A stretch of 64,000 bases of DNA, from the NCBI RefSeq assembly GCF_009914755.1, contig NC_060941.1, one strand, 5' to 3'. Below are positions 39,561-53,118 of this stretch, in pieces. The DNA is from the human T2T-CHM13v2.0 reference genome, Homo sapiens. The position numbers were made by a program, and so were the translations under genes. Every line of letters begins with the position of its first letter. Position 1 is the first letter of the stretch. Below the pieces are notes generated by a model. That model made no database searches. It saw only the letters and a list, made by a program, of their open reading frames with translations, and had not been told where the DNA came from.

Positions 39561-41952
39561 TTTTTTTTTTAAAAATCTACCCTTTCTGTTTTTGCTTCGC
39601 ATAGATAAGGTATGTTGTATATCAAACTGCCTGATTTCGTTTCTCGTGTTTCAAGATTACATTAACATGTGCATTTAGTTATTGATGTTTGAAAAGTGTA
39701 TGGCCGGGGTCATTGGTAATTTAAAAGACACAATGGAGAAATAGTTTCTGAAGCAACCAACACCCCTCTGGTTTGATGCCCAAGAATGCAGTCCTTCTTT
39801 TGTGTTTTTACAAGCCTTCTGTTGATTTATGTTTGCAAATGTACTTTTGGTCATTTTCTTAGGCAGTAATCCCAATGTCTTTCTTTAGATAATTATTGTA
39901 TATGTATTTTTTTGCAATATTTTCTAAGTGTTAAAAGGAAGAAGGAATGAAGAGGATAAATGCATGTTAGTTTTTGTGGGATGAATTCCAGATCAACTTC
40001 TTCTAGCAGGCTAATTTTTTTTTCATTTTTCTTTTGGTCAATTGTAAGCATTGACATCATTATAGTATTCTCTCTATTTCTTCTTTGAATTACTCACTCA
40101 ACCACACCTAGCTACTAGATTAGTATTTCAGTTCTAAACACTGATTATAACTAGAAAGTAAGGCAAACAAAATAATGTTAAACAAATTATAATGTAGCTA
40201 CAGATTTATGATACTCATTTTTCTGGATCCTACCAGTACTTATTTTGTTTTCTTTATATACCCAAATACATTGTAAATTTGATAACAAAAATCACCTTTC
40301 CTCCATGTCTGTTAAATCTCAGTAGTAAAAGATATATGATATATTTTCTCCTTGAAGTATTGCCTTTCTTGTAGTGGAAAGTGTAGTGCCAGACATCAAA
40401 CATCAACCAGTTTTATAGAAACAACACTGGAAATAGAATAGACATAAGATATAAATTTTGCTTTGTCATTCAGCAGCTGTATGATCTTGTTTAAGTAAAT
40501 CGAATTCTTTGAATTATGGTTCCCCCATCTTCAATGATGTGGTGGCTTAAATTCTAAGCTTTTTATTGGTGCTAAAAGTCTATAATCCTGTAACCACTGG
40601 ATATTAGTCTAAAATTTGCTGATGCCTTCTCTAAATAGTTTCTAAATTAAATGCTTTTATTTTTGTTTGTGTATTCGCACTGAAGATTGGCTAATATGTT
40701 TGTTTCACTGGGTGTTGAATGTTGTTTTTGGAGATGCGATTTAAGATTCCAGGAAGCTAAACTTGTTTCTATTGAGATTGGGACCTCACTTTTCTTATAC
40801 TCTCATTTTATAGTGATCATTATAAACCTCTCCATTGATTCATTTTCTATGTATGTATGTATATATGGATATATGTATGTATGTATCTTATGTGTCTAGT
40901 TTTGTGGTTCTGATCTTAAAACCCTAGAGTATCTTGAGATCTATTATTTTACTTAGAAACTATTCTCCTGTCCCTGTACTAAATTGTACCCCACCCACCC
41001 AAATACATTGAAAGTGTTTTACATGCTTTCGATTTATATTCAATGAGTAGAATAGCCATAGGGAAAATAAGCTACTGGCCAGACTCTATACTGAATTATT
41101 CTATTAGTTTTGCTCAATCATGACTCCAGATTTAGGAGTTAAGCTAAAAAATACAGTTCTTGACATATTAGCCCTCAGTATTCAGTGTGAACAGTGAGAA
41201 AGAAAAAGAGCACATTGGAGCCCCCACCCAAAGAATGAGCTCGTTTGCATACTCTAATCTCACATAGTCTTAATTTCATTAACACTTTCATTTTGGCAGC
41301 TTCACACACAACAGTGAAAGACATAAAATCCACAATTTTAGCACAGCTGTTTCCTCCTTCCTTCACAAAGTTATTTAAACACCTCGTGACACAAGGGGAA
41401 AGGGTGGATGGATGACATTTCAATGAATTATCTCCTGTCTGCTGTGTCATTTCAGAAATACTTACTAATTGGCAGAATAATCCTTCAAAATTACCTTTCA
41501 AGATCTGGATATTTTAACAAACTATACTTATTGTCCATTCCTATGTTTACATTCTTAAATCCCCAATATCCGTAGAAGCAGAATTGCTAAGAAATGTAGA
41601 CTCATGCACCATGTTAAAAGGCAAAGAGGATTTACCAAATACTGTAAAATCCCTAGGAAAATTTTTTTTTAGTAGGGAGCTTCAGGATCATGTCCTTAGG
41701 ATTTAGAATTTTAAATTGTGCTGTCAAGGAATTTGTCTTTTCATCTTTTTTTAAATAAGTAGTAAGATATCCAAATATATGTTTGAAATACCATTTTGAG
41801 GATAGAAACTCCACATTTGCATTAAAGTCTAAAGGAAATTGAATTGTACTTTGGTGATAAGAACACCTAACAGGTCACCTGCTGATAATGCCGTGATAAA
41901 TATTATTTCAATGATAAATATTTCAAAACAGCCACATTCTTCCTCTTCAACC

Positions 41953-41956
<4 letters not shown>

Positions 41957-41996
<40 letters not shown>
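41957..41996. repeat. (CA)n microsatellite, about 19-20 units
   Basis: Perfect AC run. Confidence 0.97.
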
Positions 41997-42003
<7 letters not shown>

Positions 42004-42764
42004 GTGGGAAAGGGAGGGAAAAAGAGCTAAATCTTTCTGATATAATAAGTAAATTTGTACAATATTAAGATATCAACTTTTTGGACAAAAGAAAGCAGGA
42101 GCAACAATTTATCTTAGGTTAGGTATGATTTTACATATTTCTTTCACTAATAAACAGGCATCTTGAAGTTGGAGCTGTAATAGTAAGAATATTAGACTAA
42201 AATTAACTCTGCTACCAACTGTGGGGTCTTGACCAATTATATAAATGCCTGAGTCTTATTTTTTTTTCAACTTGAAAAAAAAGAGACACTATTGGTGATG
42301 TTTGCTTAGCTACAAATAGCTTTTTTTTTTTTTTTTCTGTTCCTGTTACCCATTGGAGTATGTCTCCCCATCCAAAGTAGAACATAGTTGATTGGATGAA
42401 AGTAGCACTTGACAAAAGTGGAGCTGGTAGAGACCTACTCCCTGTGAAGCTTGAAATGAGGGCTCTGAGGTTATCTCCAGCCTGGGCTGCTATCAGAAGA
42501 GAGGCGAGGAAGGGTTCCTGAGGTTGCCGTGTCCCAATTCTGAGATGGTATGGCGTCTCATCTCAATTTAATAGCAGCAAAAAATGCCTATCTGTAAAAA
42601 AGTGAAAATGAGAAACAAGTCCAGAAAAATAACAAATGTCTCCCTCACCTCCTTAATGTTTCTATTGCTTAGTTCCATTTTGCAACATTCTAGTTCTGGA
42701 CTCCCAAAGATACTCTTATTTTTTATTTTAACCTTAAACTAGTTACACTTGATTCAGGTTACAC

Positions 42765-42798
42765 TATATTTAGGTTATTTGATAATAACCTAAATATA
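42765..42798. repeat. Perfect 15-bp inverted repeat with a 4-nt spacer
   Basis: TATATTTAGGTTATT-TGAT-AATAACCTAAATATA. Confidence 0.95.
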
Positions 42799-44179
42799 CT
42801 TCGCTAACACAGGTCATTGTAGAAAATAATTAATCGCTTTGACTTAAGTCAGTTTTTATAAATGAAAATAAAAATGTTATACATAGTGGCAATTTTGAGT
42901 AACAAGTTCTAAACAATTAATAGTTTTATCAATAACTTGCACATAGTAAGGGTTATTGAATAATTCTTAAATCATGTTAATCCATCTTAAATCATATTAA
43001 TCCATCAGAGTTATAATTTAAAATACTATATTTGGGTAGAATATCTTGAAAAGTTACAATTAATTGGTAAGTCAAACCACAAATTTTTTGGGGAATGCTA
43101 CTTTAATATTAATCTGATCTATGTCTAATTGCTGTGACGAGTACTGAATCCTTTTCTTCCCAACCTACATTCCCTGAAATTTCTGCTTTTAAAATCTGTA
43201 GAAAGGCGACATATGATCTTTCCAATTGGAGCCACCATACTGTTGGTTAGGCTTTTATTTCTTGTATAGATTTAGTCTAGTTAGGTTTTTATTTCTTGTG
43301 TCTTTTATTTTATAAGATCTATTTTCTAGGTGTTACATTTTCCAAAAGAGTAATTTTCTTGTTTTTGTTTTGTTTTTTTTTTAACACTCCTGGCCTGTCT
43401 GGTATTGTTCTCTCTTGACTAGTTACCTGTATATTTTTTTAAAAAGTTATTTTAAATTCAAGTCTGTGGGCTGTTTTCCATTGTTTGTAGATGACACGGT
43501 GTAGTGGAAACGAACATAGGTCTCTATTATTTCTTTTTTCTGCTTCAGAAATGACGTTATTTTGAATTCAGTTCCCTAGTTAGCCATGATAACATCTAAT
43601 TCAAAGATGATGGATCTTCGCAGATAACAAAGTCAGTGTGTTAATTTGAGACAAATTTCTGTTTCAGAGGACTGGGGTAAAATGTATTTACATAGGTTGA
43701 GTTCTATTGTCATCTCAGCAGTAATTCATGTGGCATCATAAAATCTGGATTCATATAAACATTAGTCGCTAAACCATAGACTTTCTTTTTCATTTTATGT
43801 AAGTACAAAAGTCTTGCAGAATGTGTTCTACCAGGAGGCACCTTTCTATACTGCCAGGTCACCACTTGTTGGAAGAGAGAACATTGAGATAATTCTTTTT
43901 ACTCTAAGGCATAAGAAAACAATTTTTTTTTCTTTCCTCCTCTTTCTTGAATATTGGCTACAAGTATGTACATTTAGCCAAGAAGGAATTGAAAATATCT
44001 TTCTATTACATTTTTTCCACATCTGCAAGTCCTATGCTTAGAAGATTTAATTTTAACAAGTTTTCCTCTTATCGTGAACAGGTTATAAAAGAAGCCAAAA
44101 ATTAAAGTCTAGTTAATATCTTCTCAAGTAGAACACAGGCTTTTTTTTTTTTTTAGTTTCTGTGAATGTATTTGCTTTA

Positions 44180-44360
44180 TAGTTTAACTTTTATTTCAAG
44201 TTTAGGGGTACAAGTGCAGGTTTGTTACATAGGTAAACTTGTGTCATGGGGGTTTGCTGTACAGATTATTTCATCACCCAGGTTTTAAGCCTAGTACCCA
44301 TTAGTTATTTTTTCCTAATCCTCTCCCTCCTCCCCTCATCTGCCCTCTGAATGGCCCTGG
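44180..44360 (-). mobile_element. Short L1PA (13-16-like) 3' end
   Basis: GGGGTACAAGTGCAGGTTTGTTACATAGGTAAACTTGTGTCATGGGGGTTTG...CCTAGTACCCATTAGTT. Confidence 0.9.
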
Positions 44361-46384
44361 TATGATTTTAAAATTTCATTATTTCCTTCTTACCTGCCAC
44401 TTTCCAAGACTTTCCTAACATCTTTTCTTGATACTTTGAAATCCCTATGATTCTTTAAGGTCCAATTACCTCCATGAAACTTTTCTTAAAATTTCAAACC
44501 AACAGCTGTGTCTTCCCAGACCTGAATTATCATGGCAGTGTTAATGGTTCTCATTCATAGGTACTAGGTTAGATAAAAATTTATTAAAGGGTGACCCCAT
44601 TATGGCTGCTGTTTTTGACACATTATAATTTCCAGTTCACTTCTGGTTTATCTAATTTGGTAAAATTTAAAAAATTATTTCTAAGATCTAGATGACTGAC
44701 TAGAGGCACCCTGCGTGCATCTCCTTCTCCGCAAAGACCAAAAGAAGAAACAGAAAACCACAGGTTGAATTGAGTGTCTAGGGGAGAACACTGAAATTCA
44801 GCAAGGAAGTGACAAGACTCCCTGAGGCACAAAAATTCAAAATGGCAGCATAGTTGAGGGATTCCCCATCACAGGGAAAAGATAAGCAGGAGATTCACAG
44901 AAACCCAGTTCCTGCCACAGAGACAAGCAATCCTAGTTATGGGTGAGACCCTCAATGCTCATGGCCCTGGGACCAGTGCAGGGAGCTGCTTGAAGTTCAT
45001 GCAACTGCATTTCTTCAGAGAAGAAATTCATGATAGGCCTTCCTACACCCAGGATCCAGGCTGCTGTAGCACGTCTGAATTTTGGGAACAGAAGCACCAC
45101 CAGAGTGCATCCTACCCTGGGCCCAATATCTCCTTCATCTCCATATTTTTGGGGCCCTACCAGCATTCCTTCACATCTACACGGAAGGCTGCGGCCTTGT
45201 GAAACCAGCTGGACGTAGAGGTACATCTACAACAACACTTGAGTCTCCACGGCACTCTACACCTAGGGAAATAGGTGGTCCAGCACAGCAGGGAGGCTGC
45301 CCCAAGTATAGAGGGAGCCAACACCTGGCTCCCCAGAGCCTGAGAGCTGCCTGCCCAGAGCTCACCATTGCCAGCCACCAAGGCCCCACCCTCCAGTGGC
45401 AGACCTACTACACAACTGTGTGTGTGGTTGAAGGTCCAAGGACTGGCTTATCTGGGCCCACCACTGCCACCACCAGTATTCACATATGTCACCCAGTGAC
45501 CTAAAGATCAACTTACCTGGAGTTCTCCACCACCGTTGCCTGCAAACCTGCCACCTCCAGTGGCAGGAACATTGCATGCCCACACACACTACCCAGAGGC
45601 TCAAGGACCAGCTTCTCAGGGCCTGTTGCCACACCGCCAGTGCACATGCACACCACCCAGGGGCACAAGAAGTTGGATGCCTGGGCATTCCATTGCACCA
45701 CCAGCATGTGCATGAACCAAACAGTGGCTTCAGGGCCTGCTGCCGACACTGCCAGTGAACCTGCCCCTCCAGCAGTTGGACTGCCCTGCATCCTCATGTG
45801 ACACCCGGGAGCCTGAGGACCAACCTACCCTGGGCCTGCACTGCCACCACCAGCACATACACATGCCACTCAGGAGCCTGAGGATCAGCCTACTTGGCAT
45901 TCCCATCCCCAGCAAAGCTGGGCCACAACCCTCACCAAAAAACCAGAGCTTAGGCCACTGTGAGGCATTAACAAACATTATTGACATTGACTATAGCTGA
46001 AAAAATTCTATGGATACCACATTACTTTGTCTACCCAGAACCAAAGCAAAAACATCCTACCTAACAGACACCATGAAACACATATACAGGAAAAAATCTT
46101 TCCCTAAAAAACCTACCTCATGAAACTGGAAGAAATGACTATTACATCAGATGCATAGGTGTCAATGTAGGGTTATAAGAAACTTGAACAAGCAAAAGAA
46201 CATGACAATTCCAAAGCAACCTAATAATTTCTCAATGATAGTCCCTAAAGAAAATAAAATTATAAGATGTATAAAAAAGAATGTAAAATAATGATCTTAA
46301 AAAACTTAGCAAGATTCAAGAGAACACAGATAGACAATTCAGTGACAATAGAAAAACAATTTATAATTTGAGAAATTCAACAAA

Positions 46385-46477
46385 GATATATATATATATA
46401 TATAGATAGATATATTCACACACACACTATATATGTGTATATATATGTGTGTATATGTGTATATATGTATATATGTG

Positions 46478-46517
<40 letters not shown>

Positions 46518-46537
46518 TGTATGAGAGAGAAAGAGAG
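46385..46537. repeat. Compound (TA)n/(CA)n/(TATG)n/(TG)n/(GA)n microsatellite inside L1 ORF1
   Basis: Seen directly. Confidence 0.95.
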
Positions 46538-46807
46538 TATAACCAATCAGAATTCTTGGAACTGAAGAATTCAAAGAATGGAATAAAAAATAAAATTGAG
46601 AATTTCAACAGTAGCCTAGATCAAGCAGAAGAAATAATTTTTGATCTTGAAGATGGGCCCTTAGAAATAGCACAATCAGACAAAAAAAGCAGAAAATAAT
46701 TAAAAAAAAAAAAGAGCCTACATGACATATGGGACACTATTAAGCAAACAAATATTTGCATTTTGGGTGATCCAGAAAAAGAAGAGATGAAAAAATGTGT
46801 AGAAAAC

Positions 46808-47662
46808 TGTATTAGTTCATATTCACGTGGCTATAAAGAAATACCTGAAACTGGGTAATTTGCAAAGACAAGAAGTTTAATTGGCTCATGGTTCCAGATG
46901 CTGTATGGGAAACATAGTAGCATCTGCTCAGTTTCTGGAGAGGCCTCAGAAAACTTACAATCATGGTGGAAGGTGAAGGGGGAGCAGACACATTACAGGC
47001 CAGATCAGGAGACAGAGAGAGAGCAAGGGAGGAGTTGGTCCGCACTTTTAAATAATCAGATCTCATGAGGACTTACTCACTATTATGACAACAGCATTAA
47101 GGGGATAGTGCTAAACCATTCATGAGAAATTCACCCTCATGATCCAGTAACGTCCCATGAGGCCCAGCCTCCAACACTGGGGATGTTAAAGTAAACTATG
47201 GCCTGAGAAGGACTCTCTACTTCTATAGTTGAGTCCTTGTGGACGAACGGCAATCTCACTTAATAGGTAGACAAAATTGAAAACTTAACTGAGGAGTATG
47301 CACCTGTAACAATAGCCGAGTCTTGGCCATTCCGAGTGGCCGTACTTCAACCATTCATACACTTTTAAGTGCTCAAACTGTGTTCAAATCAGGTAAATGC
47401 CACCCTGTAACCAGTCCAGCCATTCTGTACCTCATTTCCAATTTTTGTATGTCCTTTCCCTTTTTGTGTCTGTAAATCTTTTTCCAGCACGTGGCTGCAC
47501 TGGAGTCTGTGAATCTGCTGTGATTCTGGGGGCTGCCTAATTTGTGAATCATTCATTGTTCAATTAAACTCCTTTAAATTTAATTCAGCTAAAGTTTTTC
47601 TTTTATCAGGGATTACTATTTGCCATGAGATTTGGGTGGGGACACATATCCAAACTATATCA
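46808..47662 (-). mobile_element. MSTA-like MaLR LTR nested in L1 ORF1
   Basis: TGTATTAGTTC...GCTATAAAGAAATACCTGA...GACACATATCCAAACTATATCA. TSD AAAAC. Confidence 0.92.
47184..47608 (+). mobile_element. MER57A-like ERV1 solo LTR nested in MSTA
   Basis: TGTTAAAG...TATGGCCTGAGAAGGACTC...TTTTATCA. 4-bp TSD GGGA. Confidence 0.88.
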
Positions 47663-48310
47663 AAAACCTATTTAATAAAATAATAGTTGAAATTTTTCTA
47701 AGTCTTAGAGAGATATAAACATTCAGGAACAGGAAACTCAAGATTCCCAAACAGATTCAACCCAAAAAGGTACAGTCTGAGTCACATTATAGTCAAACTG
47801 TCAAAATTCAAAGACAAAAAGGAAATTCTAAAAACAGCCAGAGTAAAGTGTCATGTCACATGTTAGGGAATCCCCTTTGATATAAATCCATTCTATTTAA
47901 GGCTATCTATGCTTTTAAGAGTAAAAGAAATAGTCTTAGTTTTTCATGAAGGAGTGAATAATTAATACATTTATTAATGCATACCATTAATTCTTTAGTC
48001 TGTGAATTTGGTATTTAAATTAGTATATACAAGCAAAAGAGTTGAGAAGGGAAAACAGACTATCAAATTGTAATTGTGTGTGTGTGTGACTGGAGGTGGA
48101 AGTTTGAAATGCTCTTTAAATTATTTTTATTAATAGAATATTATCAGGAATTAGAAGAAAAATAAAGTTGGAACATTGAACTCTTTCCCATGTAGCAACT
48201 TTAAGATCATTATGAAGACTTAAATGGAAAATAACTTACTAAAAAGGCTACTCTACGAAAAAAATGATGTGGACACTTCTACTCTCGGTATATTGAGATG
48301 GCAACTATGA

Positions 48311-48641
<331 letters not shown>

Positions 48642-49541
48642 AAGATGAGTAAGTTCTTATTTGGAAATTGCTGAGGGTAAACATGATCATCTTGAGTAAA
48701 AGGGTAAAATACATTTCTCAGCACCCTATTTACTTGGTAAGGAATAAGTCAATTTCCAATGGGGGATTTCAGAAGACCTTAGTTATCAATCACAAGAGTG
48801 TAAATTGTCCTGAAGTATTTCCTCTCATGGTAAAATAATTTGAATTCTGAGTCAAGGGAAAAATAGAGATGTATTAAAGGAATTTAAAATATGGACATTA
48901 ATCTTAATTTCATATGTGTATTTCAGGAGTGATGATCTAATTGCTTCTTTATTATAGTGAAAGGTTATCTCTAGTTTGTGCTGATATGAAGTCACAAGCA
49001 CTGTTCTGAACAATTTGCTAAATATAAGCTGCTGATACTGACTTTTGTGATCTAATAGAGGGCTTCCTCCATCGCAAAATTTCAGTGGCTTGCTCTTGTT
49101 TGTTTGTTTCTCCAAGTGCTTTGCGCTGCAATGACTGAACGTGTTACCTTTGTACATAGTGGGCCAAGTCAGGGGAAATCTGCTGTCTTATGATTGTCTT
49201 ATTGTATATTATTGCTGCACAAAAAAAAATTATTATTCTGCCTTCTGGAAGCTTTTCCTAATGAATTTTAAGAGAGGCAGTAAATCTTTCCATCACACTT
49301 CTTATTAAAAAGCAAATAGATAAGTTAAATAATTCCAGCTTTATCTGTCATTCCCACAGTACATATTGCCACTGTATTTATGAGCATACCATTAGTATCT
49401 TTGTATGCAAAGAATGTTAATGTATGAGAACATGAATGTAATACTTTTATAAGCTGCATGTTGATTCTATACATTTCCTGGCTTATTGCTATCCTAATAT
49501 AATTTTAAAAAAAGGAAAAGTACACTCCCAACACTGTATAA

Positions 49542-49750
49542 AGTAGTTCTCCAAAGGGGTGATTTTGCTATCAAAGGGCAACTGGCAGTATCCAGAGACA
49601 TTTTTGATTAGCGTGGCTGGTGGGGGCTTGTTAGTTATGGACATCTAGTGAGTAGAGACCAGGCATGTAGTAAACTTCCTGCCTTCCTCAACCCCTCAAC
49701 TCCCAACAAAGAATTATCTCATCAAAAATTTAAACGGATCCATGGTTTAG
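49542..49750 (+). mobile_element. MER20 hAT-Charlie element
   Basis: GTTCTCCAAAGGGGTGATTTTGC...GACATTTTTGATT...CATCTAGTGAGTAGAGACCAGG...AACAAAGAATTATC. Confidence 0.85.
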
Positions 49751-50249
49751 AAATCATACTCCCAAAGCAAACAAACGTTTCTTTTCGTTGCCTTAAAGTG
49801 TTGCATTCTGTTTTAGGGTGTGTGTGTGTATGTGACATTTGTCGCTGAGAAATGTATCTACTAAAGGTGAAATACTTTAGACTTGGACAAACCAGAGGCA
49901 AAACATGTCTTCCCACCATTGTCTAATGTAATAATTGAAATTACTAATTTTCAAAATTCAACTTATTGAGAAGAAATAAAGATTATATGTTATCTGTAGA
50001 CTATTAAAATAATGCATTGTTTCATCATTAAGTATTAAAGGAGACTACAAATAAGAACAAGGCAAATCCTTATATTCTTGTCTATTATTCACAAAATGGT
50101 ATTTTTCTCTAATGGCTAATATCTGATGCTGGAAAGAACAGTAAAAAATTTTATATTTCTCTTTACTTTTAGAATTTAATTCTCATAGTGACCTCTTGGC
50201 TTAACTGAAATTCTTTCTTGATTAGGGGTCCATCTGGGACTATTTATAA

Positions 50250-50500
50250 AATAAACTGCATTTCACAAGTCCTCTGTAAAACTAATATATAATGACAGAA
50301 AGCAGCCCAGTAGTGCGTTGGGCTAGTCGTGGGTGGAAAGTCACTGCAGAGAGGCATAAGGGAGCTATTTGGAATGATGGAGATATTCTATATCTTGGTA
50401 AGGGAGGTGATTGCACAATTGTACATATATGTCAAAACTCATTGAACTGATAGTTAAAATGGGTGCAATTTGGTGTATGTAAATTGTATAATAATAAAGA
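50250..50500 (+). mobile_element. L1ME-type 3' UTR fragment
   Basis: GGAATGATGGAGATATTCTATATCTTG...GTCAAAACTCATTGAACTG...TGTAAATTGTATAATAATAAA. Confidence 0.8.
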
Positions 50501-52487
50501 AATGTTTTGAATCTATTGAGGCCTAGTAAGAAAAATATGTGATGTCTTCAACTTATTTGATTTATCTTACAGAAGCAGATAAATGAAGGTCAGAACTTCT
50601 ATACATTAAATCAAATATTCTGATCTGAATAAAATGGCCTTAGGATATAAAGACTTTTTAAGTCATTACATATACATTACTCTATAACATTGCTTGACCA
50701 ATGCTTATTGCATTGTTTGACCATTATTTATGATTATAAATAAATGTTTTCTGACTAAAGCATTTTGCAAAATTTATCTGCACACAAGATTTCAGGTACC
50801 TTAAAAATTTTGTTTGTAAATGTAAACTTAAATATTAATTTACACAGTGTGGTTTTAAAAATTGTGATGATGTAAATACATAGAAGCATATATACAAAGA
50901 ATGTGTGCATACACATGCACACACATTTGAAAATAAATGCACAGAAATGATGACACTGCTTCTAATTCTTAGTGTAGGAATTTCAGGTTATATTTTGCTG
51001 TCATATTTTTATTTTCCTCTGTTTTCTAAATTTGCCATACTAAATGATCATTTATAATCAGTCAAAATACATATTTTAATATTCTTTCTATGAGTAGAGT
51101 TTTATGCACTAAATAATATTAATTTTAACTATCCTTATACATTATTTGTGATTCTAATATAAAAAAGGATTACGTAAAAGAACAGAAGGATGTATTTATT
51201 CAGAAATAACACATTGTATTAATCCATTGAAAACACCCCAGAGAAGAAGACTGAAACTTTGTGTGTTCTTTTAGTTTTCATAGTAAATGGAAATTTTTTG
51301 TAGTCATTGCCAGGAATAAGGCTTTGTAACTTTGAGTTTGGCACAGATTAAATGATACATATCACTATTCAAATGGTGCTGGAAAGTTTGAAGATTGTTT
51401 TAGATGGCTTTTACAAGAGTGAATAAAGTATCATCTTATCACAGTAAACAATTGTATGTTCATTCTCTTGAATGAGTACGCAGGAGACCATCAAGGGACA
51501 CTTCTGGCCTGGCAGCTCAACTCTCCAAATTTGGCATAGTAATGGCTATTCCTCGTAATTGGGCCAGAGTGCAGGGAATGGGGGAATGGTTCACAGTAAG
51601 GGACATGCACTTGGCACCGTTTGGGCCATTTCTCAACATTTCAGTAAGTAGAATGCCTCATTTCTCTGTGTCGACAGTCCTGAGTAACATAGTAGTACCC
51701 AGGAGATCGTTTAAAATCTAATTTTTTTTTAAATAGGTAGTTTTTCCAGGCAAGTGTAGCATTTTGCATTTTAAGTCCTGTCATCACCCAGAGGAAAAAA
51801 ATATATGATGTATTTCCTTTCATGCATTTAATTTCAAGTTCTTGAGGTCATTCTTTTTTCCAAATAATCACTGGGTGCAGTCACTTTTTTTCCTAAGTTT
51901 CAACAGCTCACTTAAAAGACATACCAGATTAAAGAAATGCTAGGATTTGCATTTTTTTCTAAAACTAAGATTAGTATTCACTGTATGAAGTTGATAGTCA
52001 ACAGAAAAAAAAAATCATCCGAGGGTTTCTAAATTGCTGAATAAGAACATAGAAATTTTTAAAGTACATTTTGAAGTTTTGAGATGTAGCTTACAGCAAA
52101 TAGAAAACAGAACGTTCTCAATTTAACAGAGATGCCGACCTGGGGTCATAATTTCTTGTTTCAATTTGAGCTTCTGCCACAGGTCAGCTGAATCAGTCTG
52201 AGACTATTTACTCACAAGGGTACCATGAGAATAATCTATGGTCCCTATAAGTCTTTATGTTAATTACAAAAGCAGAATAGTGGGTTTTTTTTAGACCCAT
52301 CTCTTTAGGAGCCTTGAACTATTTGTGATAAGACTATAAATATTGGAACCAGAGGACTTAATCAGAGTAGCACCAACTTGGCCAAATCATGTTCTTGAAT
52401 TTCTTCCTTTGTTCTCATATGAAACATGCAGATAATTGTTGTTAGATGCATAGTCAGCAAATAATTGAAAGATAAACTTTCCTCAAA

Positions 52488-52523
52488 TACACACACACAC
52501 ACACACACACACTCACACACACA
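52488..52523. repeat. (CA)n microsatellite, interrupted
   Basis: Seen directly. Confidence 0.93.
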
Positions 52524-52792
52524 TGCATACTCCCATATGTTGCATATATTACCATAACTCTTAAGACAATGAATGAGAATGGATCTCAATATATTTAAAA
52601 ATCCTTAATACTGGGACCTAGAAAAAATGCCATGTTAAATCTGTAAGCATTCTCTCTAGCCCAAGAAATGGAAACTTGAATTTATTTTGGGACACCTGGC
52701 TTGCTTGTGTACCATGAAACTTTCACCTCAATAGGATTTTAGTTACGTAAGTTCAAACCCAGTACATGGCAGTTGATTTGGAGTGAGGAAGG

Positions 52793-53118
52793 TGCTGTGG
52801 TCTGAATAATTATGTCCCCACAAAAATACATATGTTGCAATTCTAATCCTCAAGGTGATGGTATCAGCAGTGTGACCTTTGAGAAGCGATTTGATCATGA
52901 AGGTGTCTCCTAATGAATGGGATTGGTGCCCTCCTAAAAGTGGAACAAAGGAGCTTGTTTATCCCTTTCTACCACCTGAAGTTACCGATGACCTTCACCA
53001 GACACTAAGTCTTTCACCACCTTGATATTAGACTTCCCAGACTCCAGAATTGTGAGAAATATATTTCTGTTGTTTGTAAGTCTATGGCATATTGTTGCAG
53101 CCCAAACTGACCAAAACA
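52793..53118 (+). mobile_element. MLT1A-like MaLR solo LTR
   Basis: TGCTGTGGTCTGAAT...GTCCCCACAAAA...GACTTCCCAGACTCCAGAATTGTGAGAAAT...GCAGCCCAAACTGACCAAAACA. Confidence 0.88.

Larger units (their letters stand above)
44690..47877 (+). mobile_element. Old L1 (L1PB/L1M-type) 5' UTR plus ORF1, truncated at its 3' side
   Basis: GC-richer 5' UTR with internal repeats at 45440-45900. ORF1 translation NQSEFLELKNSKNGIKNKIENFNSSLDQAEEIIFDLED, and later CACATTATAGTCAAACTG. Confidence 0.88.

Noticed and set aside
44933-46000. Dense cluster of overlapping ORFs
   Set aside because: These fall in the GC-richer 5' UTR of an old L1 and are compositional artefacts.
51717-51756. Recursive-splice-like AATAG|GTAGTT followed by CAG|GCAAGT
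   Set aside because: The regenerated donor is weak and no host transcript is established.
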